Shown here: positions 1-9,936 of the stretch, piece by piece
How the letters are laid out: the number at the start of each line of letters is the position of its first letter
Numbering within the stretch: the first letter of the stretch is position 1
Origin: Pseudomonadota bacterium
Lineage (GTDB): Bacteria; Bdellovibrionota; FAC87; UBA2466
NCBI GenBank assembly: GCA_043718025.1
Contig: JAYSWN010000092.1
Coordinates: 1-31,353 of the forward strand
Length of the DNA stretch: 31,353 bases
Direction: 5' to 3'
Translations under genes and position numbers: made by a program
The notes under the pieces: model-generated
What the model was told of the DNA's origin: nothing
Database searches by the model: none
What the model saw: only the letters and a program-made list of their open reading frames with translations

Positions 1-978
1 GCACGCTTGTAAAGCCTCTTCCAGCCTAGGCTCAAACCCATCGCCCTGCTCCACCACCCTCGCTGCGCCTAAATTTTCGAGGTAGCGGGCGTTATCCACT
101 TGGTCATTTTGGCCACTACGTGGAAAGGGCACAAACACCGCCGGACGTTTTACCCACATCAATTCCGAAACGGTTAATGCTCCGGCACGACACACTACTA
201 GCGACGCCCGATCATATTCGCTCCGAACGTCGGTCAGAAAGGCAAATACGGTCGCCCTGCCTTGGGCGCTCTTCCCATAACTCTCGCGAACCATCACCTC
301 ATCCTTCGTGCCGGTTTGGTGGGTGATGGTAAGCGCTGGGTACTGGCGGAGAAGTTTAGGCACTAGGGTGATCATAGCGTGATTGATGGCGCGAGCACCC
401 TGGCTTCCCCCCATGATCAGCAGATGAATCTTTTCTAGGCTCACCGGGCCCACGGGCCGTTCGTAGAAAACGGTGCGAAGCGGATTGCCGGTAGGGATGC
501 ACTTTGCAGCAGAAAAATATTTTTCGGCTTGGGAGAAGCCTAAGAAAACTTTCTTGGCCAGCTTTCCAAGAAAGCGATTTGCAATGCCTACGCTGCAATT
601 CTGTTCTTGGAGAAAGAGCGGAATGCGTAGCAAGAAAGCGGCCACGCTAACGGGCACGGAAACGTATCCCCCCACGCCCACCACGGCCAACGGCTTTTCT
701 CTGAGCAGGATTGCCATCGCCTCAAAAATGGAAAGAAAAACGCGCAGCAATGAGAGGGCGGTTTTGAGAAGCCCCTGATTTTTTACGGCCCCCGATTTTA
801 GGGTGATAAAGGTAAATCCTTTTTCCGGCACCAGTTTTGTTTCCATCCCGGTGGGGCTTCCCACGTAGACAACTCGAAATTTTTTGCTGCGCAAGGCTTC
901 GGCAATGGCAATGGCGGGAAAAACATGGCCGCCGGTGCCGCCGCCGGTAATTACAATCGTTTTGGTTTGGATGGTCAT
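1..978 (-). CDS. murG: MurG, UDP-GlcNAc:lipid I GlcNAc transferase (3' end runs off the window)
   Basis: Absent from the ORF track because there is no stop in the window. Manual translation from ATG 978 gives MTIQTKTIVITGGGTGGHVFPA...GVGGYVS...LQEQN...TGNPLR...MGGSQGA...HQTG...CRAGALTVSEL...VPFP, all MurG motifs. Directly downstream of ftsW. Confidence 0.97.
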   Translation of the reverse strand, partial: MTIQTKTIVITGGGTGGHVFPAIAIAEALRSKKFRVVYVGSPTGMETKLVPEKGFTFITLKSGAVKNQGLLKTALSLLRVFLSIFEAMAILLREKPLAVVGVGGYVSVPVSVAAFLLRIPLFLQEQNCSVGIANRFLGKLAKKVFLGFSQAEKYFSAAKCIPTGNPLRTVFYERPVGPVSLEKIHLLIMGGSQGARAINHAMITLVPKLLRQYPALTITHQTGTKDEVMVRESYGKSAQGRATVFAFLTDVRSEYDRASLVVCRAGALTVSELMWVKRPAVFVPFPRSGQNDQVDNARYLENLGAARVVEQGDGFEPRLEEALQAC

Positions 979-992
979 GGTGTCTTGCGATT

Positions 993-2114
993 CTACTCAG
1001 GGCTGGTGCGCACTGTCGAATGCCGATGGATGCCCCATAAAATTCCCACCGTGATGAGATTCACTACCAGAGCCGACCGGCCCCAGGAGAGAAAAGGCAG
1101 TGGCAATCCCTTCATCGGTACCAGTCCAACCACTCCGCCCAAGTTGATAACGACTTGAAGCAATAGGGTTAGCGAGAGACCGATTGCCAAATAGCTGGCA
1201 AAACGGTCCTTGGCTTTAACGGCAATCTTAAAGAGCAGGTACCCCAAAAACGCGTAGGTGACCAATAACGAGGCCGCCCCCAAAAAACCGAGCTCTTCGC
1301 CAACTAGAGCAAAAATGAAATCGGTGTGCACCTCCGGAAGAAAAAACAGTTTGCCGTTGCCGTTACCCAGCCCGCTCCCGAACCAGCGGCCCGAATGAAA
1401 GGAGAGAAACGATTGAATGGTCTGAAAGCCAACTCCCTGCGGGTCCGACCACGGATCTAAAAAAGCCATTAACCTACGACGACGATAATCAGAGGACAGA
1501 ATCGAAAGTAGGAACCCCCCCAAACCTAACGTGAATAAGCCAATGAAGTAGCTGAGTGGCATGCCCGCAACGAACAGTAGTGAGAGAATAACTACGGTAA
1601 GCAGGGCGGTTGTGCCCAGGTCGGGCTGGCGTAAAATGAGCGTAAGCAAAATAACCAGTGGTAATAAACGCCAACAGGCCCGGCCCAAAGTGAGCGGTTT
1701 TGTTTGCGGTACGGTTAGAAGCCTCGCCACGTAAAGGCTAACTACAATTTTTGCGAGTTCGCTGGGTTGAAAAGCTAGCGGACCGATTTTTAGCCAGCGT
1801 GTAGCGCCTTGGGCACTGTGTCCCAGCGGAGAAAAATGGGTGGCCGCCACCAACACAATTTCAACGAACATCAACCAAGGGGCGAGGGCCGACCACCGAG
1901 AGACTGGAAAACGTGAAAGTAAGTACATCAACGACAGGCCAAAGACGCCGGCGATTGCTTGTTGATAGGTATAAAGAAGTTCGTTGCGGTACTTCTGAAA
2001 GCTCATCACGCCGGTGGCGCTGTATAAAACGAGCAGACCAGTGCCGAATAAAAAGAGCACAACGGAGACCAGGCTGATGCTGATGCCGTCCCAGTTTTTT
2101 CGGGCTTGAAGCAT
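993..2114 (-). CDS. ftsW: SEDS peptidoglycan polymerase FtsW
   Basis: About 10 hydrophobic segments. Motifs GATRW, FQPSELAK, QPDLGT, LPEVHTDFIF, GEELGFLG, KGLPLPFLS. Adjacent to murG, which favours FtsW over RodA. Confidence 0.93.
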   Translation of the reverse strand: MLQARKNWDGISISLVSVVLFLFGTGLLVLYSATGVMSFQKYRNELLYTYQQAIAGVFGLSLMYLLSRFPVSRWSALAPWLMFVEIVLVAATHFSPLGHSAQGATRWLKIGPLAFQPSELAKIVVSLYVARLLTVPQTKPLTLGRACWRLLPLVILLTLILRQPDLGTTALLTVVILSLLFVAGMPLSYFIGLFTLGLGGFLLSILSSDYRRRRLMAFLDPWSDPQGVGFQTIQSFLSFHSGRWFGSGLGNGNGKLFFLPEVHTDFIFALVGEELGFLGAASLLVTYAFLGYLLFKIAVKAKDRFASYLAIGLSLTLLLQVVINLGGVVGLVPMKGLPLPFLSWGRSALVVNLITVGILWGIHRHSTVRTSPE

Positions 2115-2116
2115 GT

Positions 2117-2147
2117 GGGGTAGGTGTTTCGCCTACCCCCAATTATA
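2117..2147 (-). promoter_or_regulatory. Perfect -10 hexamer (TATAAT, 2142-2147) plus 8-bp stem-loop abutting the ftsW start codon
   Basis: The minus strand reads TATAATTGGGGGTAGG-CGAAACA-CCTACCCC-AC-ATG. No recognisable -35 element. Confidence 0.4.
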
Positions 2148-2200
2148 TATCAGATGTCCCCATTTTGGCGTTTTCCCTGACTGAGGACGTCCATCCGGCC

Positions 2201-3643
2201 TTACTCGCGAAAGTCTTCCGCCTTAATGTTGTATTTTTGCAATTTGCGCAGAAGCGTTTTCTTGGGAATGTTGGCGTGCAGAGCCGTCTGATTGATCCGT
2301 CCACGGAAGGTCTTAAGGGCCTTGATGATGAAATCCTTTTCGAACTGCTCCTTGTGGCTCTTATAGTCCAGTCCCGCGCCTCCCCCAATAGCCTCCTCGG
2401 TCAGCGTTGCGTCGAAAGTGTCCGGGGTTGATAAATCCGTTTCATCGGGGTTAAGCGGCCTCGTCCCGTCTTTCAGGGCCGGGCGTAAATGACCCGGAAG
2501 CGAGGCCACGGTGATCTGGTTGGTATTTTCAATCACGAACGAATGTTCGATCACATTTTCAAGTTCGCGAATATTGCCGGGCCACTGATGCTTCAAAAGC
2601 GCTTCCATCGCCATGGGGGCTACACCCGTCACTTGCTTTTGGTGAATGAGATTAAACTTGTTCACGAAATGGGGCACTAACCGTTCGATATCATCTTTGC
2701 GATCACGCAAGGGCGGCAAGAAGATGGGAATTACATTCAAGCGATAAAACAGGTCTTCGCGGAAGGATCCCTTTTGAATGGCCTCTTCCAAGTTACGGTT
2801 GGTGGCTGCGATCAAACGCACATTCATTTCAATTTCGCGATTGCTGCCCACGGGCGTAAATTTGCGCTCCTGGAGTACGCGCAGCAATTTTACCTGCATG
2901 GCAAGTGACAGATCCCCAATCTCGTCCAAAAAGATTGTGCCACCGTCAGCGTATTGAAAACGACCGATCTGCCGTTGGTCTGCTCCGGTGAAGGCGCCCT
3001 TCTCGTGGCCAAACAGTTCGCTTTCGAAAAGCGTTTCAGCGATAGAGCTGCAGTTAATTGCTACCAGCTTATGGTCTTTGCGGGCTGAGTTGTAGTGGAT
3101 TGCGCGGGCCACGAGTTCTTTGCCGGTGCCACTCTCGCCGCGAATCAGAACCGAAGTGTCTACTTTCGCCAATTTATGAATGATGGAGAAAATTTTTCTC
3201 ATCTCATTCGAGTCACCAACGAATTCGCCGTTCTCGATGCGGACCACTGGCGCCGAAAACGCCATGTTCTGCACCATCTCTTGGGCGTCCAACGCGCGAC
3301 CCAACATCTCGACCAAAGCGGCGTGTTTTACCGGCTTCGCCAAATAATTAAAGGCCCCATCTTTAACGGCCTTTACTGCATCTTCCAGGTTGGAATAGGC
3401 GGTCATCAAAATGACAAGAATCGAAGGGTCAATCTCCTTAATTTTTTTCAAACACTCTAGGCCGCTCATCCGCGGCATATTGACGTCCATCAGAACTAAG
3501 TCGGCACGGGCCTGGGTGAGTGCCGCAATGGCCTCGACGCCGTCATTTGCGGTTCGCACAATAAAACCGTTCTCTTTAAGAACTTCCGAGAGGTTTGACC
3601 GCAACTCAGGTTCATCTTCCACAATCAGGATCTGTCGATGCAT
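2201..3643 (-). CDS. NtrC/AtoC-family sigma54-dependent response regulator (REC-AAA+-Fis HTH)
   Basis: Receiver domain (ILIVEDE, LMDVNMPRMSG), Walker A GESGTGKELVA, GAFTGA loop, Walker B FLDEIG, FREDLFYRLNV, WPGNIRELEN, and C-terminal HTH. Confidence 0.96.
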   Translation of the reverse strand: MHRQILIVEDEPELRSNLSEVLKENGFIVRTANDGVEAIAALTQARADLVLMDVNMPRMSGLECLKKIKEIDPSILVILMTAYSNLEDAVKAVKDGAFNYLAKPVKHAALVEMLGRALDAQEMVQNMAFSAPVVRIENGEFVGDSNEMRKIFSIIHKLAKVDTSVLIRGESGTGKELVARAIHYNSARKDHKLVAINCSSIAETLFESELFGHEKGAFTGADQRQIGRFQYADGGTIFLDEIGDLSLAMQVKLLRVLQERKFTPVGSNREIEMNVRLIAATNRNLEEAIQKGSFREDLFYRLNVIPIFLPPLRDRKDDIERLVPHFVNKFNLIHQKQVTGVAPMAMEALLKHQWPGNIRELENVIEHSFVIENTNQITVASLPGHLRPALKDGTRPLNPDETDLSTPDTFDATLTEEAIGGGAGLDYKSHKEQFEKDFIIKALKTFRGRINQTALHANIPKKTLLRKLQKYNIKAEDFRE

Positions 3644-3664
3644 GGGTTCTCCTTATAATTAAAT

Positions 3665-5563
3665 TTAAGTCACGGGTAGGACTACGGTAAACGTAGAGCC
3701 CCTCCCTAAATCACTTTTTAATTCGATCGTTCCGTGGTGAAGCTCGATGAAATATTGAGCTAGGTACAGCCCCAGGCCGGTGCCTTTTACCGCCTTGGTG
3801 TTGTCGCTTTCACAACGGAAAAATTTCATGAAAACTTTTTGTAGATCTTCGGGGGCAATGCCCACGCCTTGGTCAGCCACCGAGATGCGTACTTTGTCGT
3901 GCGCCTCTTCCGACGAAATCGTAACCACCGTGCGGGGGCCCGAGTATTTGATGGCATTTTCGATCAAGTTGGAGAGAACCCGTCGAATAAGTTTACTATC
4001 AAACTTGAACGCAAAAATCGGCTCAAGCTGCAGCTGTATCTCGATCTCTTTTTCTTGTGCGTACGCGGTTTTTATCTCAACGATTTCGCGCACCACCGAG
4101 TTGATGTCTTTGGTCATCATCATCAAAGGCATCCGGTTATTTTCGATGCGTGTGATATCGAGCAAGGCTTCAACGAACTCGGTCATTTCATCGGTGGTCT
4201 TTAGAATGGCGCGCAGAGACGTGTTTTGTCTCTCGCTGAGTGACTTTCCATCCGACAGCATTAACTCCGCGCTGCCTTGGATGCGCGCAATCGGCGTTTT
4301 GAAGTCGTGTGACACAAGCGATAAGAAATTGCTTTTCATTTTTTCGAGTTCAGCCAGCAGCTCGGTCTGTTCTTGGTAATGCCATCTTTTTCGATATTCA
4401 TCTACGAGTCGAAAGGGGATCACTAGGTAATAGCCGGAAAACGCTAAAATAATCGGATGGGCTAGGTTGATCCACAACCCTTGCACAAACAGCAGCGCCG
4501 ACCCTATGGCTAACAACAGAACACTTTGGGCTAGGACTAACACCATCGCCCGACCGGGCGAAAAGAAAAGCGAAAGCGTTACCGACAGTAGTGTTGTGAA
4601 TAAGGCTAAGGCCCAGTTTACTTCGCGCGGCGTTTTTCTTATTCCGTCATCATGAATCAAAGTAGACAAACCTTGCGCGGCTCCTTCAAGCGCCGGGGTT
4701 CTTAAATGATCGCGGGAAAAGGGAGTAAGTATAAAATCTACCACCCGATGCGATGATAGCGTGGAACCGATAAGAACAATTTTGTTTTTGAATAACGCGG
4801 GGTCCAGTTTATGTTCCGCAAGCAAGGCGCTCGAGTAAATGGGATAGGGTTCGTTCGGTGCTTTCCATTTAATATAGGTTTGCACCGATTCGCCGATTCG
4901 TTCGTAGCGCGGCGTCGACCAGCATTGCTCATTTACCGGCAGCCCGCGAATCTCACAGGCGATCTTGGCGTAAACCGTAGGAATTCCTTCAACCTGCACC
5001 ATTACTCGCCTCGTCACAGAATCGGCGCCGTAAGAAAAAGTATCGCGTGAGATGAAACCGGGAAGGTAACGGCCAAACAGACCCAAATTCGTTGGTTGTG
5101 GACGACCCAAACTTTCGTCATCGATGTAGCCCACGTGAGTGGTCGGCAATTTCGCAAAAGCCCGCGACAATTGTTGCAGTTCAGACTGACTGTAATTGCT
5201 CGCTCCGAAAGAGCTCAGCAGAAGAATGTATTTGGGCTGGGCCTGTACCAAAAACGAAAAGAGGGCTTCAATTTCGGCCGCGGGGATGCGTAGTTCGCGC
5301 GAATAACGAAGGCTACTTGAGTCATCAAATCCTACGAGAGCAATTTGAGGGTCGTTAGCGCGCGGCGCAAAAAGGCGCGATAGTCCGTCAAATAAAATGC
5401 CATTCAAACCATCTAATGGAAACTGAAGCAGGACAATGAAAACGAGAGTGCCTAGGACGTAGGCCAAACCGTGATGGGTGCCAAGCTGAATGCGGCTTAC
5501 CAAATCACCAAAGCGGTCCCAATATTTCCCGCTAAATGGATTGCGTAGCGCCTTCGCTTCCAT
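3665..5563 (-). CDS. Membrane sensor histidine kinase with CHASE2-like periplasmic domain, HisKA and HATPase_c
   Basis: N-terminal TM, IALVGFDD and FKNKIVLIGS segments followed by 3 TMs (CHASE2 architecture). H-box SHDFKTP, N-box NLIENAIKYS, G1 DQGVGI, G2 GTGLGL. Start taken at ATG 5563; the ORF track extends it to TTG 5644. Confidence 0.92.
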   Translation of the reverse strand: MEAKALRNPFSGKYWDRFGDLVSRIQLGTHHGLAYVLGTLVFIVLLQFPLDGLNGILFDGLSRLFAPRANDPQIALVGFDDSSSLRYSRELRIPAAEIEALFSFLVQAQPKYILLLSSFGASNYSQSELQQLSRAFAKLPTTHVGYIDDESLGRPQPTNLGLFGRYLPGFISRDTFSYGADSVTRRVMVQVEGIPTVYAKIACEIRGLPVNEQCWSTPRYERIGESVQTYIKWKAPNEPYPIYSSALLAEHKLDPALFKNKIVLIGSTLSSHRVVDFILTPFSRDHLRTPALEGAAQGLSTLIHDDGIRKTPREVNWALALFTTLLSVTLSLFFSPGRAMVLVLAQSVLLLAIGSALLFVQGLWINLAHPIILAFSGYYLVIPFRLVDEYRKRWHYQEQTELLAELEKMKSNFLSLVSHDFKTPIARIQGSAELMLSDGKSLSERQNTSLRAILKTTDEMTEFVEALLDITRIENNRMPLMMMTKDINSVVREIVEIKTAYAQEKEIEIQLQLEPIFAFKFDSKLIRRVLSNLIENAIKYSGPRTVVTISSEEAHDKVRISVADQGVGIAPEDLQKVFMKFFRCESDNTKAVKGTGLGLYLAQYFIELHHGTIELKSDLGRGSTFTVVLPVT

Positions 5564-5717
5564 AGGAGAACTCAAAGCCCCGAAGCCAATCTCCACCCAC
5601 CACCCGGTAGGGGACGATTCGACCGAACTATTATCACAGCGCAAAATTTAAATACATGGATTTGGTGCCTAAATGACACCGCTAGACCGGGCTACCTGGG
5701 GAAGAGAGCTGAGGGCC

Positions 5718-6473
5718 CTAAGCGCTCAGCTCTTCAATAGGGTTTGTGGCCTCACCGTCAGTAACGGGGCCTACTAACAATTTTCCGCAATGGGAACACT
5801 GGTGGATCTGCTTATGGCCAATCACTTCATTGTAAAGCTGGGGCCGAACCCGTACATGGCAAGAGAGGCACATGCCTTCTGCCACTTGAGCAATGGGTGC
5901 GCCTTTTCCGCGAAGGCTTAAGCGCTTGAATATTACCGATAAATTCGGAGCAAGGCCCTTTAACTCCTCGGCCTGAGTGGATTCCAAAGTCTTAAGTTCA
6001 TTTTGTAAATTGCCTAAGTCAGTCTCTAATACAGCGCATTCGGCTTGAGTTTTGGTCTGAATGGCATCGACTTCAGGTTGGAGGGTCTTCAAGTTTTCTA
6101 GTTTGGCCTGCAGATCGGTCTGAGCCTTTAGCGTTGTCTCTTCGTTCTTAGCCTTAATTTTTTTGCGGTCTTCGTTTTCTTTGGACGCGGCGGTGAACTC
6201 AACGGTGTTGGTCACGCCGGCGAGTTTGGACTCCGATTTGGCCAAAAATTCGGCTTCAACTTTGGCGTCGCGCTCCGCTTCGCGAACCACTTTTTCAAGT
6301 GAAGCGATCTTGTTTTTTTCAGAGTCGTATACCTTGGTTGCCGTCTTCAAAGTCTCTTTGAGCTTTTCAATTTCGAGGGGAACTTTTTCTAGATCGGCCT
6401 TAATTCGTACGATCTTCTCGGCAACATTTTTTAAATTCCAAAGTACCGTAACTTGCTTCTGGACCTCGCTCAC
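5718..6473 (-). CDS. Coiled-coil protein with C4 zinc ribbon (DUF164, CdsZ/HP0958-like)
   Basis: Long K/E-rich helical region, then CLSC...CSHC. GTG 6473 has GAGGT 7 nt upstream. Located near rpoD, as often seen for this family. Confidence 0.88.
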   Translation of the reverse strand: MSEVQKQVTVLWNLKNVAEKIVRIKADLEKVPLEIEKLKETLKTATKVYDSEKNKIASLEKVVREAERDAKVEAEFLAKSESKLAGVTNTVEFTAASKENEDRKKIKAKNEETTLKAQTDLQAKLENLKTLQPEVDAIQTKTQAECAVLETDLGNLQNELKTLESTQAEELKGLAPNLSVIFKRLSLRGKGAPIAQVAEGMCLSCHVRVRPQLYNEVIGHKQIHQCSHCGKLLVGPVTDGEATNPIEELSA

Positions 6474-6528
6474 GAGTAACACCTCAAATGGGGAAAAAGT
6501 GCGCCATCATGGATCACTCCGCGCCCCA

Positions 6529-7731
6529 TTACCAGTCTTTTAACGCTCGGCAGTGATAGACCAGCCAAGCACTCGCGGTAACCCACGCCAAGTACTGAAA
6601 TTCATTGGTAAGCACAAAGAAGGCGCTGGCCGGAGGCCAGAGAGAAATCGCTAAAAGCGCAAAGCCGCACCAAAAACTTTTTGAAGGTATTCGGCCGAAA
6701 AGCCTTTGGCAGTAGGCCAGCAACAAAAAAACCAGCAGGATATTGTCATAAAACCGGTGGTAGGTCCAAAAACGGGCACCCACGCTCGCTAACCCAAAGA
6801 GCACAACCAATGGCTCGTGCCGCAACCACCAGAGCAGCGCCGTAGTTCCCGCGATCACGATGGCCGTAAAGACGTTCTGGCTCACTCCCCATGAACCAGC
6901 AATGTGGATTGGCCCATCGCCTTCAGCCCACAGACCAGCAGACGCCGTTAGCCACTCCTGCACAAGGACAAAGGGGGGAGTTTTGGTAACCAGCGCGGTT
7001 ACAGTCCAAAAGACCACGGCGAAGGCGGCTGCGGTGGCAGCTGGCCTCCAGCGTCCTTTGAAGAGCAAAGGGATGACGAAAGGAAGCCCCATCGTCGGCT
7101 TCATGAACCCAATCGCCAGCCCAAGGCCAGCCCAGTAGCTTGCCACTGCTGGGCGCGGCCGGCTTTCGAAAACGAGGCTGAGAAAAAGACCCGCCATCAC
7201 GATAATACCGAACTGCCCCACCCCTAGCGTCATGCAGAAGGTGCTGGTCATTAGGCAGGCCGTCATCACCAGCCACCCGCGCTCTTTCTGGGGTCCTGGA
7301 TACAGTTGCAGTATCGACCAGCCTATGGCGACCAGGGCCAAGAGATTTAAAAAAGCGAAGTAGTAGCGAACGGCGGGCCACGCTGGCCAAAGCGTGGCTG
7401 CGATGACAGGAAAGGCCCAGGGCGGGTACCCGGGCAGCGAATCTTGAGCCCCTACCCCGATGCTTGGGTTGACCGAAGTGTTTCGCCCTTCGAAATTCCA
7501 CCGACTCTGGGAAAAGGGATAAGCGTTCGCTAAAAAAACTTCGTACGGGTTTTGGCCATTGAGAAAATAATGAAGCTCAACCTTACGATAACGAAGGTCA
7601 CTAGCCCCTCCTCCTTGATTGAATGCCAGGTGATAAAAACCGCGAACGAAATAAATGGTCGCCACCAGTGCACCGGCCAACAAAAGCCATTTCGTCTTTT
7701 TGGAGAATTGTCGAACGTAGGAAGGGGTCAC
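6529..7731 (-). CDS. GT87/DUF2029-like polytopic glycosyltransferase (GT-C fold)
   Basis: N-terminal TM, then D...NPY and GYPP motifs, GQ motif, KP motif and YD near the C-terminus, with many TM helices. Confidence 0.8.
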   Translation of the reverse strand: MTPSYVRQFSKKTKWLLLAGALVATIYFVRGFYHLAFNQGGGASDLRYRKVELHYFLNGQNPYEVFLANAYPFSQSRWNFEGRNTSVNPSIGVGAQDSLPGYPPWAFPVIAATLWPAWPAVRYYFAFLNLLALVAIGWSILQLYPGPQKERGWLVMTACLMTSTFCMTLGVGQFGIIVMAGLFLSLVFESRPRPAVASYWAGLGLAIGFMKPTMGLPFVIPLLFKGRWRPAATAAAFAVVFWTVTALVTKTPPFVLVQEWLTASAGLWAEGDGPIHIAGSWGVSQNVFTAIVIAGTTALLWWLRHEPLVVLFGLASVGARFWTYHRFYDNILLVFLLLAYCQRLFGRIPSKSFWCGFALLAISLWPPASAFFVLTNEFQYLAWVTASAWLVYHCRALKDW

Positions 7732-7836
7732 CCGGCAATTATAGCGTAGTCATAGGAAAACCGACGAGCTCACTCCCTATATCGATGGCGGGAACAAACC
7801 TGTTTAACTGCCTTTGAGAATACCAACGCCAAGGGG

Positions 7837-7913
7837 TGGTGGGCCCACCTGGACTTGAACCAGGGACCTACCGGTTATGAGCCGGCTGCTCTAACCAACT
7901 GAGCTATGGGCCC
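7837..7913 (-). tRNA. tRNA with CAU anticodon, probably tRNA-Ile2 (lysidine); elongator Met not excluded
   Basis: GGGCCCATAGCTCAGTTGGTTAGAGCAGCCGGCTCATAACCGGTAGGTCCCTGGTTCAAGTCCAGGTGGGCCCACCA: full cloverleaf with encoded CCA. The paired 1:72 position excludes initiator fMet. It begins 10 nt after the rpoD stop. Confidence 0.93.
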
Positions 7914-7923
7914 CAAAACTCGT

Positions 7924-9813
7924 TTAGTTTTCAATAAACGCTTTTAAGCGTTTGCTGCGGCTTGGGTGACGTAGCTTACGTAACGCTTTAGCTTCGATCT
8001 GACGAATCCGCTCACGAGTTACGTTAAAGTCCTGACCAACCTCTTCCAAGGTGTGGTCCGAACTTTCGCCAATACCAAAACGCATACGAAGCACCTTCTC
8101 TTCACGAGGGGTCAGCGTCGATAGCACCTTGCGAGTCTGTTCTGAAAGGTTGATGTTGGTCACCGCTTCAGAGGGCGAAATCATCGCCTTGTCTTCGATA
8201 AAGTCACCGAGGTGCGAATCTTCATCCTCACCAATTGGCGTCTCGAGCGAAATCGGCTCTTTGGCGATTTTGAGGACCTTGCGAACCTTATCCACCGGCA
8301 TCTCCATCTTCACCGCGATCTCTTCGGGGGTTGGCTCGCGGCCAAGCTCCTGAACGAGGTAGCGTGAAGTGCGGATCAGCTTGTTGATGGTTTCGATCAT
8401 GTGCACTGGAATACGAATGGTGCGCGCCTGATCGGCAATGGCTCGGGTGATCGCCTGTCGAATCCACCACGTGGCGTAGGTCGAAAACTTGTATCCACGG
8501 CGGTATTCAAACTTATCGACGGCCTTCATCAAACCAATGTTGCCCTCTTGGATGAGATCCAAGAACTGCAACCCACGGTTAGTATACTTTTTGGCGATCG
8601 AGACCACCAAGCGAAGGTTGGCTTCTACCAGCTCGGCTTTCGCAATTTCTGACTTGCGTTCGCCGGCGATAATCGCCTCGTACATGTCTTGAAGCTCGCG
8701 CGCCCGCACATTAGCTTCGAGTTCAACCACATCAATTTTTTTAAGTGAGTTGTCGACGTAAAGCTCGAGCTCAAGCAGCCCGGTGTAATCAACATTGAAC
8801 TTGGCCTTTAACTGCTCTTCGTACTTCTTGTTTTTCTTGGCCTCTTTGACCATGCGGCGGAATTCACCGATGCCGTCACATTTTAGCTTACGAAGCAACG
8901 AGGCCACTTCACTTTCGGCCTCTTCGATACGCTGAACCTGGGTCTTAAATTTAGCTACGATCTTGTTGATGGTTTTACGGTTGAAATTAATTTCAACAAA
9001 CACATCAACAATGTTTTTGCGGTTAACCGCGAGCTTCTCGCGCAGTTTTTTACGGTCAATCGCGTTCTGTCCGCTTTTGAGGAGCTTCTGCTCCATGGCG
9101 TGAACCGTCTTTTCGAAGTTTCGTACGAGCTTCATGCCGTCCAAAATCTTCTCGCGGCATTCGGCTTCGTTTAGGCCTGCAAACTGGTTGGCCTCTTCTT
9201 TTTCCTCAGGCTCAGCCTCTTCGACTTCAATGGGAGGTGCGGCAGCTACGGGGGTTCCTCCAGGAGCCGCAGCGCCTTCTTCACCCGGTGCGGCATTCTC
9301 ATCCGGTGCCTCGCCGCCACGCAAAACGTCGCGGGCGCGCAGCTTTCCTTTTTCGATCTTGTCACCGATGGCCAAGAATTCCTTGATACCCATCGACGAA
9401 TTCAAAATCACGTCGAGAACTTCGGCTTCGCCCTCTTCAATCCGTTTGGCGATCTCAATTTCGCCTTCACGGGTAAGTAGAGCCACTGCCCCCATCTTCT
9501 TTAAATAAAGACGGACGGGATCAAGTCCACGTGCCAAACCTTCGTCGTCTTCCGAGGCAGCGGGGGCGGCGGCAGGTGCAGCGTCTGAGCTTGCAGCCTT
9601 TTCGTCTTTTTTACCCTTGAGCTGTTTCTCGTTTTCGACAATTTCGATGTCATTGTCTTCGAGCAGAGACATGACTTCATCGAGTTCTTCCGAGTCGGTA
9701 ACGTCTTCAGGCAAAGCATCGTTGATCTCCTCATACGTGAGGAAACCCTTCTCTTTGCCGAGAGCAATTAACTTCGCGAGTTCTTTTTTCTTCTCGAGCT
9801 TAGTTGACGACAT
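7924..9813 (-). CDS. rpoD: RNA polymerase primary sigma factor RpoD (sigma70)
   Basis: Region 1.1 ([13 protein letters not shown]), 1.2 ([11 protein letters not shown]), region 2 ([13 protein letters not shown]...[15 protein letters not shown]), region 4 ([24 protein letters not shown]). Confidence 0.99.
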   Translation of the reverse strand: MSSTKLEKKKELAKLIALGKEKGFLTYEEINDALPEDVTDSEELDEVMSLLEDNDIEIVENEKQLKGKKDEKAASSDAAPAAAPAASEDDEGLARGLDPVRLYLKKMGAVALLTREGEIEIAKRIEEGEAEVLDVILNSSMGIKEFLAIGDKIEKGKLRARDVLRGGEAPDENAAPGEEGAAAPGGTPVAAAPPIEVEEAEPEEKEEANQFAGLNEAECREKILDGMKLVRNFEKTVHAMEQKLLKSGQNAIDRKKLREKLAVNRKNIVDVFVEINFNRKTINKIVAKFKTQVQRIEEAESEVASLLRKLKCDGIGEFRRMVKEAKKNKKYEEQLKAKFNVDYTGLLELELYVDNSLKKIDVVELEANVRARELQDMYEAIIAGERKSEIAKAELVEANLRLVVSIAKKYTNRGLQFLDLIQEGNIGLMKAVDKFEYRRGYKFSTYATWWIRQAITRAIADQARTIRIPVHMIETINKLIRTSRYLVQELGREPTPEEIAVKMEMPVDKVRKVLKIAKEPISLETPIGEDEDSHLGDFIEDKAMISPSEAVTNINLSEQTRKVLSTLTPREEKVLRMRFGIGESSDHTLEEVGQDFNVTRERIRQIEAKALRKLRHPSRSKRLKAFIEN

Positions 9814-9918
9814 AAACCCGTCCCATCCCTTTTCAGGAGGCTAATAAAATTGTTGTTGAAGAGAGACAAACCCCAATCATTACCACCGCAGGGTAGTCAA
9901 CACAACCTTACTTTGCCC

Positions 9919-9936
9919 TTGCTATTATCTTGCCAA
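9919..9936 (-). promoter_or_regulatory. Candidate sigma54 -24/-12 promoter facing rpoD
   Basis: The minus strand reads TTGGCAAGATAATAGCAA: GG-N10-GC, with two mismatches to TGGCACG-N4-TTGCW. It overlaps the palindrome TTGCCAA-CT-TTGGCAA (9930-9945). Confidence 0.4.

Noticed and set aside
5564..5717. Possible ncRNA (RNase P RNA or 6S) after the zinc-ribbon gene; some pairing such as CCCGGT/ACCGGG and GGTGTC/GGCACC
   Set aside because: Too short for rnpB and lacks its GAGGAAAGUCC motif. The pairing is short and compatible with chance. More likely the kinase promoter region (TGTGATAAT on the minus strand).
9180..9620. Ala/Pro/Glu-rich low-complexity stretches in RpoD
   Set aside because: They fall in the region 1.1-1.2 linker and the non-conserved region, which are normally variable and acidic.
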